From Amoeboaphelidium protococcarum X5 (lineage: Eukaryota > Fungi > Aphelidiomycota), in the NCBI GenBank assembly GCA_023515725.1, contig JALDTO010000155.1, positions 841,147-905,146 on the forward strand: a stretch of DNA of 64,000 nucleotides. Reading direction: 5' to 3'. The first letter of the stretch is position 1, and every line of letters starts with the position of its first letter. Under the pieces are notes generated by a model that was not told the origin of the DNA, made no database searches, and saw nothing but the letters and a program-made list of their open reading frames with translations. The translations under genes were made by a program, and so were the position numbers. This document shows, in pieces, positions 27,687-41,000 of the stretch.

Positions 27687-29349
27687 ATTTATTTTTTCTT
27701 TAATACTTTAAAATTTAAAACTATGCTCTAGTTAAAAAAGACTTTAGAATTAATCTAATATACTCTGCTCGAAAGAACGTTCTGTATCAGATTTTAAAGA
27801 TGACGATTGACAATTCTTCAAGCAGACAAGAGGAAGAAGAGGTGAGAGGCCGAAAGAGAGAGCAAGAGAGCGAGAGAATATAGCGTTCTCACACGGACTG
27901 AAAGAACTGGCCTGAGCTTTCGCATGAAGTAAAAATTGTAAGGGCAGGAAAGTATAGAGCTTTAAGGAAGGCGCGCATTGGTTTAAGAACGGATCGATGT
28001 TAGGTAGTATCACGGTGAACAACTAAAAATAATTCTTAGTGCCCGCGTTACAGAACTATTAGAATACTGATATGTTATCAAATCGACATCCATCAACGTT
28101 GTACATTCTAAATGCAGTAGCTAAAACTTCTTGACTGTTTAGATCAGTACCGGATTGATGTAAGGTTTTAAAGGCTCCCCATTCAATTTCAAATCACTGA
28201 CACCCCTTTTCATCTTAGTATACTGTACAGTATATCGGGGACTATTAATGTGGTATCTTGTACGTGTATTTAATTGGCAAAAATCAGCTTATTCTACTAT
28301 GGTTAATCTCAATGCAGGAATACTGTAGTGTAAAAAATCTACAAGACAGGGCCGACCGGCAAACACAATGCTTAAATGTTCGTGACGTGTTGGTGATTAT
28401 AAATGAATCATGGTTGGTATAAGTAGCCTTATTCTGGCATCTTTTTTCTCCTCTACAAAATGTGAAAGAAATATTGATGTGATTAGCGTGAATTATGAGT
28501 GAACACAGCGTCTACATCTTCTGCATTAGCCCCTTGAGACAGTTTAACAATATGGCCGTAATTTACCTATGAAGGACGGTAACTTTGATGATTTATCAAT
28601 GATCTACAATAAGCCAGTATTAGAGGGTTGAAGTGCGTGAGAGGCAATTTCTCCGGTTGCTACTAGCCCCGGTGCATGCTGACAGAAAATTGAAATTCGA
28701 CCAAATGGTACAAGGATAGCATGACGCGTTAATGGCAACCATTAAAGTTCAATTGGCAGTTATAATTGGATTAAGTAGATCTGGTCTGGCTGATTTTCCG
28801 TCAAGATTCAGTATGTCACGTATTGTAGCTGTTTTCATGGTAAATTTATATAAATATGCGCGTAAACTCAATGGTGAAATGAAGTGGGTGGGTACTATGG
28901 ATATGCGGCGTATCTATTACGATAATTATAAACGCCTTCGTAAAAGTGGTTGATGAGAGATCTGCAGATTCGCTGTACAAAGGTAACTTGTTGAATCTAC
29001 CACTAGTTGTTCTATCTAATGCCAAAGAGTTCAACAATTTGGTATTTCACTCTGCACAAGACATTCGCAGTGAAAATTAAATAAGTTAATTAAGTAACGT
29101 TAGTTTTCCATCATGACTTTTATCGTTGTTTCAGCCTACTTATTTGAACAAGTCGCGTCGTGTCAGGATCGAACGGTAGTATAGTTATTGCAAAATTTTA
29201 AAAATTGAGAAAAGATAGTACATAGCAATTACATCTATAGCGTCAATCATTAACTTCTCATCGAAAATAGTGCACTTGCGTATATTGAGAAAAGTGGCGG
29301 GATGCGCAAGTATTATAGTCTCCTATCAATTCCGACTACCGTCTGTTCT

Positions 29350-30743
29350 TCATTCCAGATGCTGCCCTGTGCGGTCTATAGTAGCTGGAGTTGATTGGGG
29401 CTTGTCAAAATTTGCGAGATCGTGCATCGATACGTTATCCTGGCTGTTCTTACCATTCTACTTTAGATTGTTAGCTACGGCATTCTAAGCAGACTCCACC
29501 TTCTATTTCACCAGTGAAGTATTACTCTTCTTAGCCATCGAGTTATCCGCTGACATCAAGAGTCCCTTCTTCTGATAATCAAATACGGTAAACTTCTTCT
29601 CCATGATTTGCAGCTGAGTAGCAATCTCACCAGTCTCGCCGCCTGGCATTTTACTGTAATCCTTAACGTTAGCCCGCTTCTTAACTCGGAGTGGATTCTC
29701 TTCCAGAAGCAACTCTTCCAGTTCATGACTGGCATCAAAATTTGCTCTCTTGGAATCGGGTACATATGGTGGCTTAAACTTTTTCTACTCCATCAGATCC
29801 CAATCTATTGGCCCGTGGCCGTTGATCTCCTTGTTGAAGAATGGATGCTGCTTAAATAATCTAAAATTCTCTTCCCCATGTCCAATCCTCTTGTCAATAT
29901 CGCGGTCTAGCAGTGATTTCAATAAGTCCAGACACTCCTTACCTACATTTGCCTCTGCATTGTTAGGGAATTGCACAACATCATGCAGAATGGCGTGTGT
30001 CAGAGCATCATTAGACTTGCCCCGGAAAGGCCGCTTTCCAAACAGCAATTCATACATTACCACACCCAGGGACCACCAATCTGGACTAGCGAAATAGCCC
30101 TTCTTACCCACAACTTCAGGTGCCATATAAGCCATACTGCCAGCCACAGATTTGAGCATTGTGTTCTCATTATACCTCACAGCAATGTTGAAATCAGTCA
30201 AGTGACAATGGCCCAATTCATCTAGCAACACATTATCCGGCTTGATATCTCTGTGCACGATACGCTTACTGTGCAAATGATTGATACCCAGGCCCACCTC
30301 TGCAACAAAGAAGCGCACCACCTCCTCCTTCATAGATCCGGCACGGTCAAGATGAAATCGCAAATCGCCGCCCAACATCAGATCAAGCACCATAAACAGA
30401 TTCTCATCATCCTGAAACGCATAGCGAAGATTGACCACGAATGGATACTCAATATCCTCAAGAAGTCTTCTCTCCTGTATGACATTGTTAACAGCCTTCA
30501 TCTTTATGCATTTCATCTTGTTGATGTACTTGAGAGCGTAAATCTTCTTATCATTTTTCTTCTACACTATCCGCACTTTACCAAACGCTCCCTTGCCCAC
30601 TGATCTCAGAAGCTCAAAGTGTCTCAGATCAACTACATTTATAATTTGAGTAAGACGTATAGATGTTAAGCATAAAGATCTAAAAGTATATAGTTACCTT
30701 CGCCGTTATAGTCTATAGGTTCCCCACAACAAAAATTGCCCAT
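29350..30743 (-). CDS. STK32: YANK/STK32-family AGC kinase; intron 30633-30697
   Basis: MGNFCC acylation start; VDLRHFELLRSVGKGAFGKV; LGGDLRFHL; LTDFNIA; DASHELEELLLEENPL. Confidence 0.9.
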
Positions 30744-31380
30744 TGTTGTATTGGTTATGTTTTATATCTCTAGAGATGCGAAAGCAGATGAATTCACAAA
30801 ATGAGACTTTAGCTTAGATCCAAATTATAGCTCTAGATGGTTGCAATAATCTGCGCTTGAAACCGGATCAAAACCTGCGGACAAGACTGTATAAAGGATT
30901 TTTTCTGCAGTAACTATAAAAAAGGTGCGGATGGAACGCACTATCTAACTTTGATGTTTAGATGTTGATATGGTCCCCGTTGCTATGCATTCCCGTCAAG
31001 GATCTATTTGACTTTGGATTCACCCGATCTGAACGGAACGGCCATATACTTCAACCGATGAGAAACGAAGGCGTTTTATGGTGCTCAATTGAAGAGACAA
31101 GAAAAAGAAAATATAATGGCAACTTCTTTGCAAATGATGAGATTATCTATTATTAAAACGCCAGAATAGTTTAAGCTGTGACAGGTTAATTCAATTCGAC
31201 TCTCTCAATGTCGTTTCAAGCGTAAAACGCTGAAAGAAAACGCGCGTCTTCACCGCTGGCCTGTTCTAAGCCGCAGAGCCTAGTCGTTGACGTCTTATTG
31301 AAAGTCGTTCGCTTCGCTTAAACTACACAGCCGCGACAGCAGAAAGTTGTTAATTGTAGTGGGCCTATAGTAAATCAGGG

Positions 31381-32859
31381 ATGATTCGCTCAGTTAAGTT
31401 TAATCTCTTGGCAATAGGTGCCGTGCTCTACATGTTTGGCTTGAGCATAGCTAAGAGCGCTGTCAATACCATTTCAATTTAGAATGTCAATGTTCATCGA
31501 AGCGTAGATCTTTCCACTGCACTAGTTAAGGAGCGTCGTGCTATTGCTCTCAAAGTGTCTGATTCCGAGGCGAAGTATAAGCAAGACATTGACTACATTA
31601 TAACTGCGGAATTATTGCCAATGCAGCATGAGAATGTCACCGTCTCGTTCATTAGCGCAAAGGAGAAGGGTGGTAAAGTTGCTCTGCCAGTCTCGTTTGA
31701 CTCTGAAGAAGATCTTGGCAGTAGACGTTAGTTGCATTACAAAGTCAATTTAAATAGCGTCGTCAGTAATGAGAAATCCAAAGAGCCTGTAATAGTGGTG
31801 GATATCGTGTATACACATGGTATGGTGCCAATGCCACACGAGATTGAGTAGAATGACAAGCAGAAGGTGGTATGGTACGGTAATGCTCTGATGCCTTCAA
31901 AATACAAGACACTCAAGTAGAAGGTGAAGATTATGTTGGCATCATCTACTATCGACTCATTCACTGAGGGAGGTGTCAAATCTGGTAAAGCTATTACTTA
32001 TGGTCCGTACGATGAAGCGGTGGAAAGTACTGACAGTTGGAAGCCAATCTCGGTACACTTTGTCAATAACTCACCATTCGTCACGGTGACTAATCTGGTT
32101 CGTGAATTCTGGGTCAGTCATTGGGGTGGGAATCTCGCTGTGGAAGAGTGGTATTATATCAGACATGATGGTGCAAAGTTGAAAGGCCAATTTAGCCGTA
32201 TAGATTATGCTCTTAACTAAATGTAGTTGCACTAGACGGCAGTTGTAAATTAGGTCCACATAGATCTGCCTGCGCACGCTCGCGATGTCTACTATAAGGA
32301 CGATGTTGGTAATGTTTCCACCTCCACATTTAAGCCGTCTCCCGGATTTAGTTCTAAGCCATCCTCTTTAGACTTGAGACCAAGATACCCATTGTATGGT
32401 GGATGGCTATACACTTGGATGCAGGGATATAATGCGCCGCTGGAAGACTTTGTCAAGGAAGTCGATGACGCTGAGGATAGATTTGTGTTCTAGGCTCCAT
32501 TCATTAAAGGTATCGAGAATGCCGCCTATAACAATGTGACTGTGAAGATCGTGTTGCCTGAAGGTGCTACTGACTATCAGGTTGTTCTTCCATTTAAAGT
32601 CAACAAGCAATGGGAGTCGAAAACGTTCACTTTTGTAGACACTGTTGGTAGACCAACTATTTACTTGCACATGACTGATTTGTGTGATGGCCATGAGCAG
32701 AACTTTTAAGTGCTGTACACCTTTGACAAGATGAATTACTTGAGAAAGCCTTTGGTACTGTCTGCGTCATTCTTTTTGGTATTTCTACTCTCTATAATCT
32801 ATGGCCGGGTAGATTTGTCCATATCTAGTAATAGTAAAATGAATAAGAAGATGTAGTGA
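31381..32859 (+). CDS. OST1: Oligosaccharyltransferase subunit ribophorin I
   Basis: WVSHWGGNLAVEE, GAKLKGQFSRIDY, YYKDDVGNVSTS, PRYPLYGGW, VLPEGA, C-terminal TM and KKMQ end. Confidence 0.92.
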
Positions 32860-33251
32860 TATACAGATTTGCTATCATCATCTCTGTTATTTAAACACTA
32901 ACAATTGAGCATAATAAGTTGTAAGCGGTATAACGACCGCACAGCCTTTTAATATCACTGTCTTTTAGGTGCTGAGATGTGTGCGAGAATTTGAATGCAG
33001 TACGCGGCACGTTGTCGATTTCAACAGATATCAATACAACTCTTTTGTCTGATGCAATTATAGAAAATACTGTACTTCACGCGTATTGTAACTGTGAGAT
33101 TAAATATCATGGCAAGAAATGTTAAAATTTTGTCGGAATGTCAAAGTTATAACATCATGTTTACCTTTCATGGAAGTAGATTTACAAGAATCATTCGCTT
33201 ACTATACCACTCACTAAATCAAACATCTCGCAATTGAGCAAGTAATAGCCA

Positions 33252-34100
33252 TCAGAACTTGAATACAATCTGTGCTGCAGCAACAAGCCCAGAAGCTGCC
33301 AAAGCTAACGTTGCTTGTATTAAATCACTAGTTGCCTTGAATCCTAAAATCTTCACTGTAAAATTCTCATTGTTAAACTGAATGGCCATGGAGACCACTT
33401 GCAATATCTCAGCACTCCTTTGAAAGTATTCTGGCAGAGGGGCCAACCTTAAAGCCTTCTTAGCAATTTCATTACGTAATCTATCAAGTTTACTAGAATA
33501 AGAAGTAATTATAGTCTACAAATTAATCAGCTTTCCAATAACGGAAGCCGCATGAATTTGGCGCAAATGGTTAACATTCTATCCATAGAATAAAACTTGA
33601 GCTAGAACTATCGCGTATAGCATAACGTTATATATAGCTAAAGTTACAATAGTATAATCGACACTTCTGCCAGTTAGCGCTCCGAATATAATAATGACAA
33701 TCAATGCAAGAAAGTAGAGCAGAAATACTCCAGAGTATACGTTATAATACTGCATACCACTTTTAGCGAACGCAAGGCGTGGTAACCTTGAGGCATACTC
33801 AATCCTAGCACTCAAGCACGCATCAGAGAGTTCAAAGCTTTCGCCGATCCGTCCCCTATTCAAAATAGGCACATTAAGTAGCAAACGCAGCTTAATGTCA
33901 AGCGTGTGAACCTTGAGCGTCGGTCAGAGAGAGTGTGAAGGCTCATAGACTGCAAAATGTCGCTCCCATACATGTGCACAAGAGTCACTTTAACAATCAT
34001 GAGTTGACTTCTGCCCCACATCCAACAATGGCACATATACAAACTTTTAAACAATACGGAAGCTTCCATAAAGGATTACTATCATTCTCAACTTTAATCT
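33252..34100 (-). pseudogene. C-terminal part of a multi-TM membrane protein, probably degenerate
   Basis: ORFs 33579-33884 and 33252-33446 join through TAR into hydrophobic helices ending KILGFKAT. There is an in-frame TGA near 33925 and the 5' end is unresolved. Confidence 0.45.
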
Positions 34101-34537
34101 ACACAAACAAGAAAGGACGCACAGAAAACAAATAATATGGAATGGCTTACCTGAAGAGCAGTTAGTTCATCTAGCGCGAAGACAGTACGCTTAATGATTA
34201 CATACACATACATTGAGAGGTAATAATTACAGACATCGACTAGAGAATAATTTCGTATTACATGGTTACAGACGGCTGAGACGTTGCTTTTTCACGGAGC
34301 GCAGTGATGTTGATCAAGGAGTGAATAGCAAACATTACGAGGGAAAAAATAATCTCCTGATCCAATCTATCGGTTCGGGTTTGGGTTAGAGACCTTCTTT
34401 GTACAACACTATGCTGCACATGAGTCAGTGGGACGGGCAAACGCTTGATTGTCTTAGGAAACTCGCTCCTTTGCCACTGTTTCGGTTTCGATTAACACAA
34501 CTCCTTAACATCTTACTGTATCTCAAAGAAAGTAAAG

Positions 34538-36658
34538 ATGAGCCAAAGCAACTATCGAACTATATCATATGTAGGCGGATTTGAAAAAGCGTGGAAAGGG
34601 GCTGATGAAGAAAAGATCGTTATAAGTAAATGCATTGTTGACTATAATAGAATTAATCTGATTGGCTGCATGACCGTTCAGTTCTATGCTTTATCGTACT
34701 TGTGTGGTGATAGCGGTCTGACAAGAAGTCGGTCCTCACCAATGTTGGATTCAAAGGTGATACGCGATATATTTCATCTCTTCGTATACGGTCATAAACG
34801 TAAAAAGGAATCGGACGTTTCTATTGAAGTCTCTAAACTCCTACTTACAGTGTTCGACCAAAATTAATTCAAGAGTTTGCAGGTTGAATACCCATCTGGG
34901 AGCGATTTTAAGTATCTCTTCGCGTCTGCAGCAGATCAGTTTGGTGTTGCTTGTTAGAATCACATTATTAGTAATCTTAGGAAGACGTTGAAGAGAGTTG
35001 TGGCATATCATTTGAAGATTGCTGGACTCGGCGCTGTATTCAAGCTCAGTGATTTGGTAAATCTTGCTTTAAGACGACTCAATAGGCTGGAGAAATTTGC
35101 TGGCAATGATGGAAGCTCTGATGAACTTCAAAAAGTAGTTAAAAAGAATCGTGAGTTTAATGCTGACAGTATTGCTATGTTGGACGATGTACTTTAGGAA
35201 TATTTTGAGGAAGTGATGGACATAAAGGGTTAGTTAGAAGCTGATTTGACGTTGGGGACAGTACAATATCCTCTTACTGTATCAAAATTTAAGTCCAGCT
35301 GGTTTGTCTATCTCAGGCTCTTCTTAAAATGCATTCGTCAACTGGCGTGTGTACATTTGAAATATCCAAAGTTGCTTCCATTCCCTGCAAAGAAGTTGCA
35401 TATGGTGCCATTTACTAAAAGTGGTTTGGATTGCCTTCTGTAGCAGAGTCAGTTTTAAAAGCTGTTACATATTCCAACGCTAACAACTAAGTATAAGGCT
35501 ACACTGACTTCATTTTCTACGAACTTCAAAAATCTGTCGTTCAAATATGAGGTTTAGAAAGATGTCACCTCCGATTTGATCTATGCAAAATGCATCAGTG
35601 TTGTGCCTAATATTAGTTGTAGTAATTAAAGCACCATTGGGAATGATTATATTGCCGCGTATCAGGATTTCAGCTCGGAAGATGAAGCGGAGTCCATGGA
35701 AGTCGATGATGATGATGATGGGAACTTGGACGAAATTGATGATTTAATTGAAGATGTAGAAGATTAGAATGATGCTGGTGAAGATGAAGATTAAGACTCT
35801 GATACTGAAGAAGGCAATAAAAGAAGATCAGTCTAATCTTGCTAAGCAATTAGATATTTCATAATGTCCACTGAAGACGCTAAAAGCACTATTAAGCACA
35901 AGGTGGAGTTGTCCGCTGATCTTGGTATAAACTAGCTTATTGCAGTTTTTAGGCCGAATGACCTTCAGTAGTGTTTGCCGAAGGAGCAAATTTAATTTGA
36001 TAAGGCGTATAGATATACTTTGAAGGGAGAGTAATACTTGCAGATGATTGGCGGCTAAGAGTTGGCCTAACGACAGCAGTCATTTAATTAATGCTGTTAG
36101 CAGTTTGCATTCCACTACTTCCCAGACTCGAGTATTTTTGCGAATTAAATGCAAGCTTGCTGCAGATCTCTTGACCAGTAGATTGAACTCTACTCGTCCG
36201 ATCAGGCGCTCTAGTTAAAATTTGATTAATAAGAGCTGAAGAGATAGGCAATTTTGGGAATGGTATCAAAGTTTCTTGGGATTACTGGTGCATTGAAATC
36301 TCAAGATAGAGATTCCTACGGTGTTTATATTGGAGACTTTTATAAGAAGGGTGAAGTTAATCATAGATTCAGCTTGAAGTCCTTTGTTAAAGTCCTAAAC
36401 TAATACGCTGTGGTGTATATAGTACCTGAGCTGCGTACTTCTAGTCTATGCTACGAATGTTTGCGCAAGTAGATAATCTCATTCGTTGTACGAAGAAAGA
36501 ACATTGCTGACTGCCCAAAGTGCAATCGGCGGTATGATGCAGATTAGCTAGGCGCAGCCAATACCTTCTTTCTGACAAGAAGTATAATCACTGATAAGGC
36601 TGGCAGTATCCCAAAAGCATTTATTCCCAGCAAGTATATTCCAAAAGTAGATGAATGA
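34538..36658 (+). CDS. Fanzor (eukaryotic TnpB-family RNA-guided endonuclease, Fanzor1-like), 706 aa
   Basis: One frame with about 29 TAR codons. RuvC-I SADLG (D461, 35918), RuvC-II VPELRTSSLCYEC (E631, 36428), zinc finger CYEC/CPKC, RuvC-III YDADQLGAAN (D669, 36542), terminal PKAF, N-lobe NHIISNLRKTLKR. Confidence 0.88.
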
Positions 36659-38381
36659 ACCATTAGACTTATATATTGCACTTAAACACATTCACTGATG
36701 TTCTTAATAAATATTCTTCTTTCACGCCTTCTATGGCCATCATACCTACAAACTGACGCGAAATGCATTACTTCGAGCGACTACAACGCCGAGCACATCG
36801 CATGTAACCCAATAGATCTAATCAGACATTGCTGTAACTAGTGAACAAGAGATAAAAAACTAGACAATTAATCGTCGACATCCACGTTACAAGACTGAGG
36901 TGTGCAGATCCTTTTACGAGGAGGGGAAACCACCCACATTTCCAACTCTAAATTACAGATTCATACTTTTCACCAAGTCATGTACGAATACCTACTGTAA
37001 TATATAAATTACACACAAATATCAAACATAAAATATCAAACATATCAGCGAGTTACAAATACCATGCAATTTGTTTGAACACCATGAACGATCTAGATGG
37101 ATATTGTGAGAAATTTCGCTCGATCAGATGTCCCAACGAGAGCAATCAAGAATTCTCACTTGAATTCTGCAACACCGAAAAAGATCCTCACAATTTTGAG
37201 CCAGCAATAGGAAATCGGCTGGCCAGATCACTTTTGTTGTAGTGAGATTATACGAAGAGACTTTATGGTTTAACATAAATGGGCTAGATCGCATAAGGAA
37301 CTCCACATTCAGAGTTGATTAGCGAATCGTTAACATCATCTTACAAATTGCAATACTGTACGGTACAATAATGCGTAAGCAAAGTTTTCTTTGATTATAG
37401 TCTTGCACTGGCAGCACCAACATATGCTATACAAACACAAACTTTAAGATACTACTAGAGATAGAACCGTAGGTAGATGCTTTTTCAATTTATAGAAAGA
37501 AATAGATGCAACAACAGAGCTCCAAACCCAAAATCAGCGAAGTTGGTCTTTACAAAGTTGGTAACAAACAGGTAACCATCCAACAAAACAAAATGGCAAT
37601 GACTTATCTGGATTCCTTCTTTTACAGCATCATCTCAGCGCATCTTACCAGCTTTTTGATGTATTGACTGTCAGTTACAATTCTCATCAATACATCTATA
37701 CAGATAAGTTAGTCCTTGATTAGAGTCAATTATATATCTAACTTACAAATTATCATATGCTAATACTGTAGTCCTTAAATGAACATGTGTCAATATGAAT
37801 CCGTCAAGATAACAGCTGCAAAGCATCAACTGGGTTTCAGAGTTGCTATAGACAATTCAACCATGCGGCCATAAAGCAATCCAATTGACCGAAAATGCAA
37901 CATTTTAATAGAATATTTAATAAGGCTTAAGAGGTATGTCTAAAGGCTAGCTTGATTAGAAGAAGATACCAATGATTAACCAAGACAGAAGACTATGCCG
38001 ACCTTGAAATTCAACGCTGTGAGAGGAAGAATGTGAATTGGCAATAAGCGAGAAAATACATAGCGACTCAAAGAGGAAACCAATGTTGCACCGGTTTCAT
38101 TGCTTCTAACGGTAGGAAATCACTTCTTGTCCATTTTGTGAGTAATTATCGGTTCTCTTCAATCTCAAAGTTCTAATGGCGAATGAGATGTATCAGGATG
38201 CAACTTTATGAATTCTAATGCTGAAAAGTCTTACTTTTGCGATTTGGTGGCTGTTAGACGCGCTGCAACGAGGACGTTCATTGGATGTAGACGTCCTTGA
38301 CAAGTCGAGTATGAGAATGAAAGCAAACAAGTTGAAAACAAGTTATATTAGCGATCGCTTAACATGCCAATATATTCACTT

Positions 38382-38708
38382 TCACTTTTGCGTCTGTAGC
38401 AATTCTTAAACCGTAGTTTTCAAGTCCTTTGTGCTATTAAAAACTTTCTTCAGTCGCCTCCAGCCAAATTTGTCACCTTACTTCTTACTCTCTTCAATGG
38501 CCAGCGTCTTTTTCTCTAGCAACTCCAAGTATACGTAGTATACCTTGATGTCGTCACTAGAGAATTACAAGCGACGCTTGACCATCTCCTTCACCACATG
38601 CCTATCGGCATGTTTAATTTTGCGACCTTTGAGAACTTTACGGATATGCTTTTCAGCCTTATCCTTTCTCTTGGTCTTTTCTTGATTTTTATTTCCCTAT
38701 TTTGGCAT
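38382..38708 (-). CDS. Small Lys/Arg-rich hypothetical protein, 108 aa
   Basis: ATG 38708 to TGA 38384-38382 with TAR=Gln; strongly basic; no recognised family. Confidence 0.45.
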
Positions 38709-38739
38709 TTTGGACAGTATGGGAATGAAAGAATATGTA

Positions 38740-38856
38740 GTATTGCACAGCGATAGTAGTAGTCTCTTTTAGTTCATGTAAAGAGGGGTGCCCAACGATA
38801 CCGTTTTCGCTTCGGAGACCGAGGCTAGTTGGGTTGAGACTGTATTGCACAGCGAT
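38740..38856. repeat. 15-bp direct repeat GTATTGCACAGCGAT flanking an 87-bp self-complementary insert
   Basis: Exact copies at 38740-38754 and 38842-38856. Confidence 0.85.
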
Positions 38857-39180
38857 GACCTGTCATTGCATCACAATACTCTGTGAAGTTGCATTCAGAC
38901 TTAACGAGTTTTACATCAAGTGAGGTATAGTTGTAATGGTTGCCACCAGGAGTTAAGTTAAGTATGGTCCGTAAGGTCCGCCATTAAGGCGCCCTATCGA
39001 ACGTGCTGGTATTTTAAGACGCAGAGATGTTGCTGCTTTTTTAAACAGTCAAGGCGTGCTGAACGTGCACTCTGATTTTAAAAGAATTCTTTTTAATACT
39101 TATCGATATTCTGGGTATGATCTAGTGCTGTCTGGTTATCAATTGTTGAAACGAGAAGCCTCTCTTCTTTCTGAGGGATA

Positions 39181-40443
39181 TCAGGGATCTCTTTCCAGGA
39201 GACAAATCTTGATCAGATTAATCAACAAGGGGGTCGTTTTGCGTGTAGCGGAAAGCGGATCAGACAAGTTGCTTTTGAATAATGAATATTGTAAATGATA
39301 AAAATAAATTTATCTCTTATGTGACAAGTGCTATTTCACAACTCTACATTGAATTGACAAGGTTGTGAATTGCATTGAGGAGAGAATCCCGATCTTTGTC
39401 GATAAGCCTGCTATTCTACATAGATACCTACCTACCTACATTTTAAGTAGGTATATTATATGATTAGAGGAACCATCTTCTTCTTCTTAAAGAATGAGAA
39501 ATGAAGACTAAGTCAAATCGACTCTTTAACGGACAGATGCCAACAGAATCTAAGTCTCTATCAGATGTGAGCTTGGAGACCTCCACCCAGTAATAACTTG
39601 ACGTTCACTCTTTTGCATAGCAGTCTCCACATTTAGTGACATCTCTTTGTATTCCACACTGGAGACGTATGCATACTTTGTTGATATAACGGCGAATCTT
39701 ATTAACCAAAGCACGTTACAAAGCATCAATTCCACAAGATAAAAATCTTTTGGTCTAAATGCAAAATACAGCACATGGATATAAATCAGCGATGCCATTG
39801 ATATCCATTATATCCAAAATCCCGGATCTTTATGGGACAATAAAGATCTATTGGCCAAATATAGTCTGCCTTTGACTGTCCAGATATTAAATATAAATGT
39901 CAGCGGCAGTAGAAGATGGGACAGGAATTCAAAGATAAACACGTTCAAGTTGAATGAAATTGAAGCAACTGCTTGCAGATACGGATCGACGTGGGAGGCA
40001 TCTACGACTATATCATCTCTCCAATCGATAATCTGCTACTATTCCTCGGTTTTATTGGCTTACTGCTAGAGATCGCCTTATAAAGAATGAGATTTAATTA
40101 CAGCCTAATCTCCAGAGAGCTTGGAAGGATACTGCGGCGTTTGCGATGCAGCCGAGCTTCGACGACTATCATTAACTGAACCAGCGGCTGCCGGCACTTG
40201 CAAACGTCTCGGAGATTTGGGCAACTAAGCCTGGCCATTTATATTTTATGCACCATATCTTGGCAGTCTATCATTTCTAGGATACAATGACGGCAGTGTT
40301 CCTTGAGATGTACTGTAAAATTAATGCAGAGCCTGGTCTAGCTCTTGTTTCACTTCTTCTCCTTCAGCATCTACATGAATGGAATGGTTCAACTAATAAA
40401 CTTTAAAATTTCAACACTCAGATATAGTAAAAATTCATACCAT
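39181..40443 (-). CDS. N-terminal part of a multi-TM membrane protein (possibly truncated)
   Basis: ATG followed by a GT..AG intron, a polar N-terminus, then FEFLSHLL, IRFAVISTKYAY and WRSPS. The 3' end loses protein-like character after about 39420. Confidence 0.5.
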
Positions 40444-41000
40444 TAACAGACTCATTAATTATAGGCATGGGTTGCACAAGCTAATCTCTACGTTGTTAAT
40501 CCTATTCCGTAATATGCTGAGACATTGTGATATTTTGGCAAGGCTTTGTCCTCTAATGAAACAATGAACATAACGGTGAAACAACAACTCTGTTGATCAG
40601 ACAAAGTTAGTTTCGAGGTGGAATGACGCGTTTAGTAACTAAAAATTGTGTCTACAGTATATTTGGTTGCGTTTACACCGTTATAAAATAAGGCTTTAAT
40701 TAGTAGATATTCGTCAATTGGCTTTAAAGTCACAAAACCTAAATCTCAGCCCAAGCTTTGTCTTCCTTATGGCCGATGGCGTCTGTTTAAATTTTTCAAC
40801 TTGTCATTGAGCTTCCAGTATTAATTTTGCAAATCGTAACTATATTGTTTGAATCGTAATCTTAAGCGATCGTGGTTAAATGTAATTGGACTTTACCACC
40901 AAACATGTAATCGATAGAGTAGTAGCCATGCAAGTCGCAAAATTTAGTTTGACAACATTGAAATAATTTATATATATATATATACAAAATTCAATGTGTC

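Noticed and set aside
28000-29080. Possible gene between XRN1 and the STK32 kinase
   Set aside because: The plus-strand frames examined are interrupted by TGA and show no recognisable motif; at most a degenerate remnant.
34340-34500. Terminal inverted repeat for the Fanzor element
   Set aside because: Only partial, short matches to the downstream flank; not distinguishable from chance.
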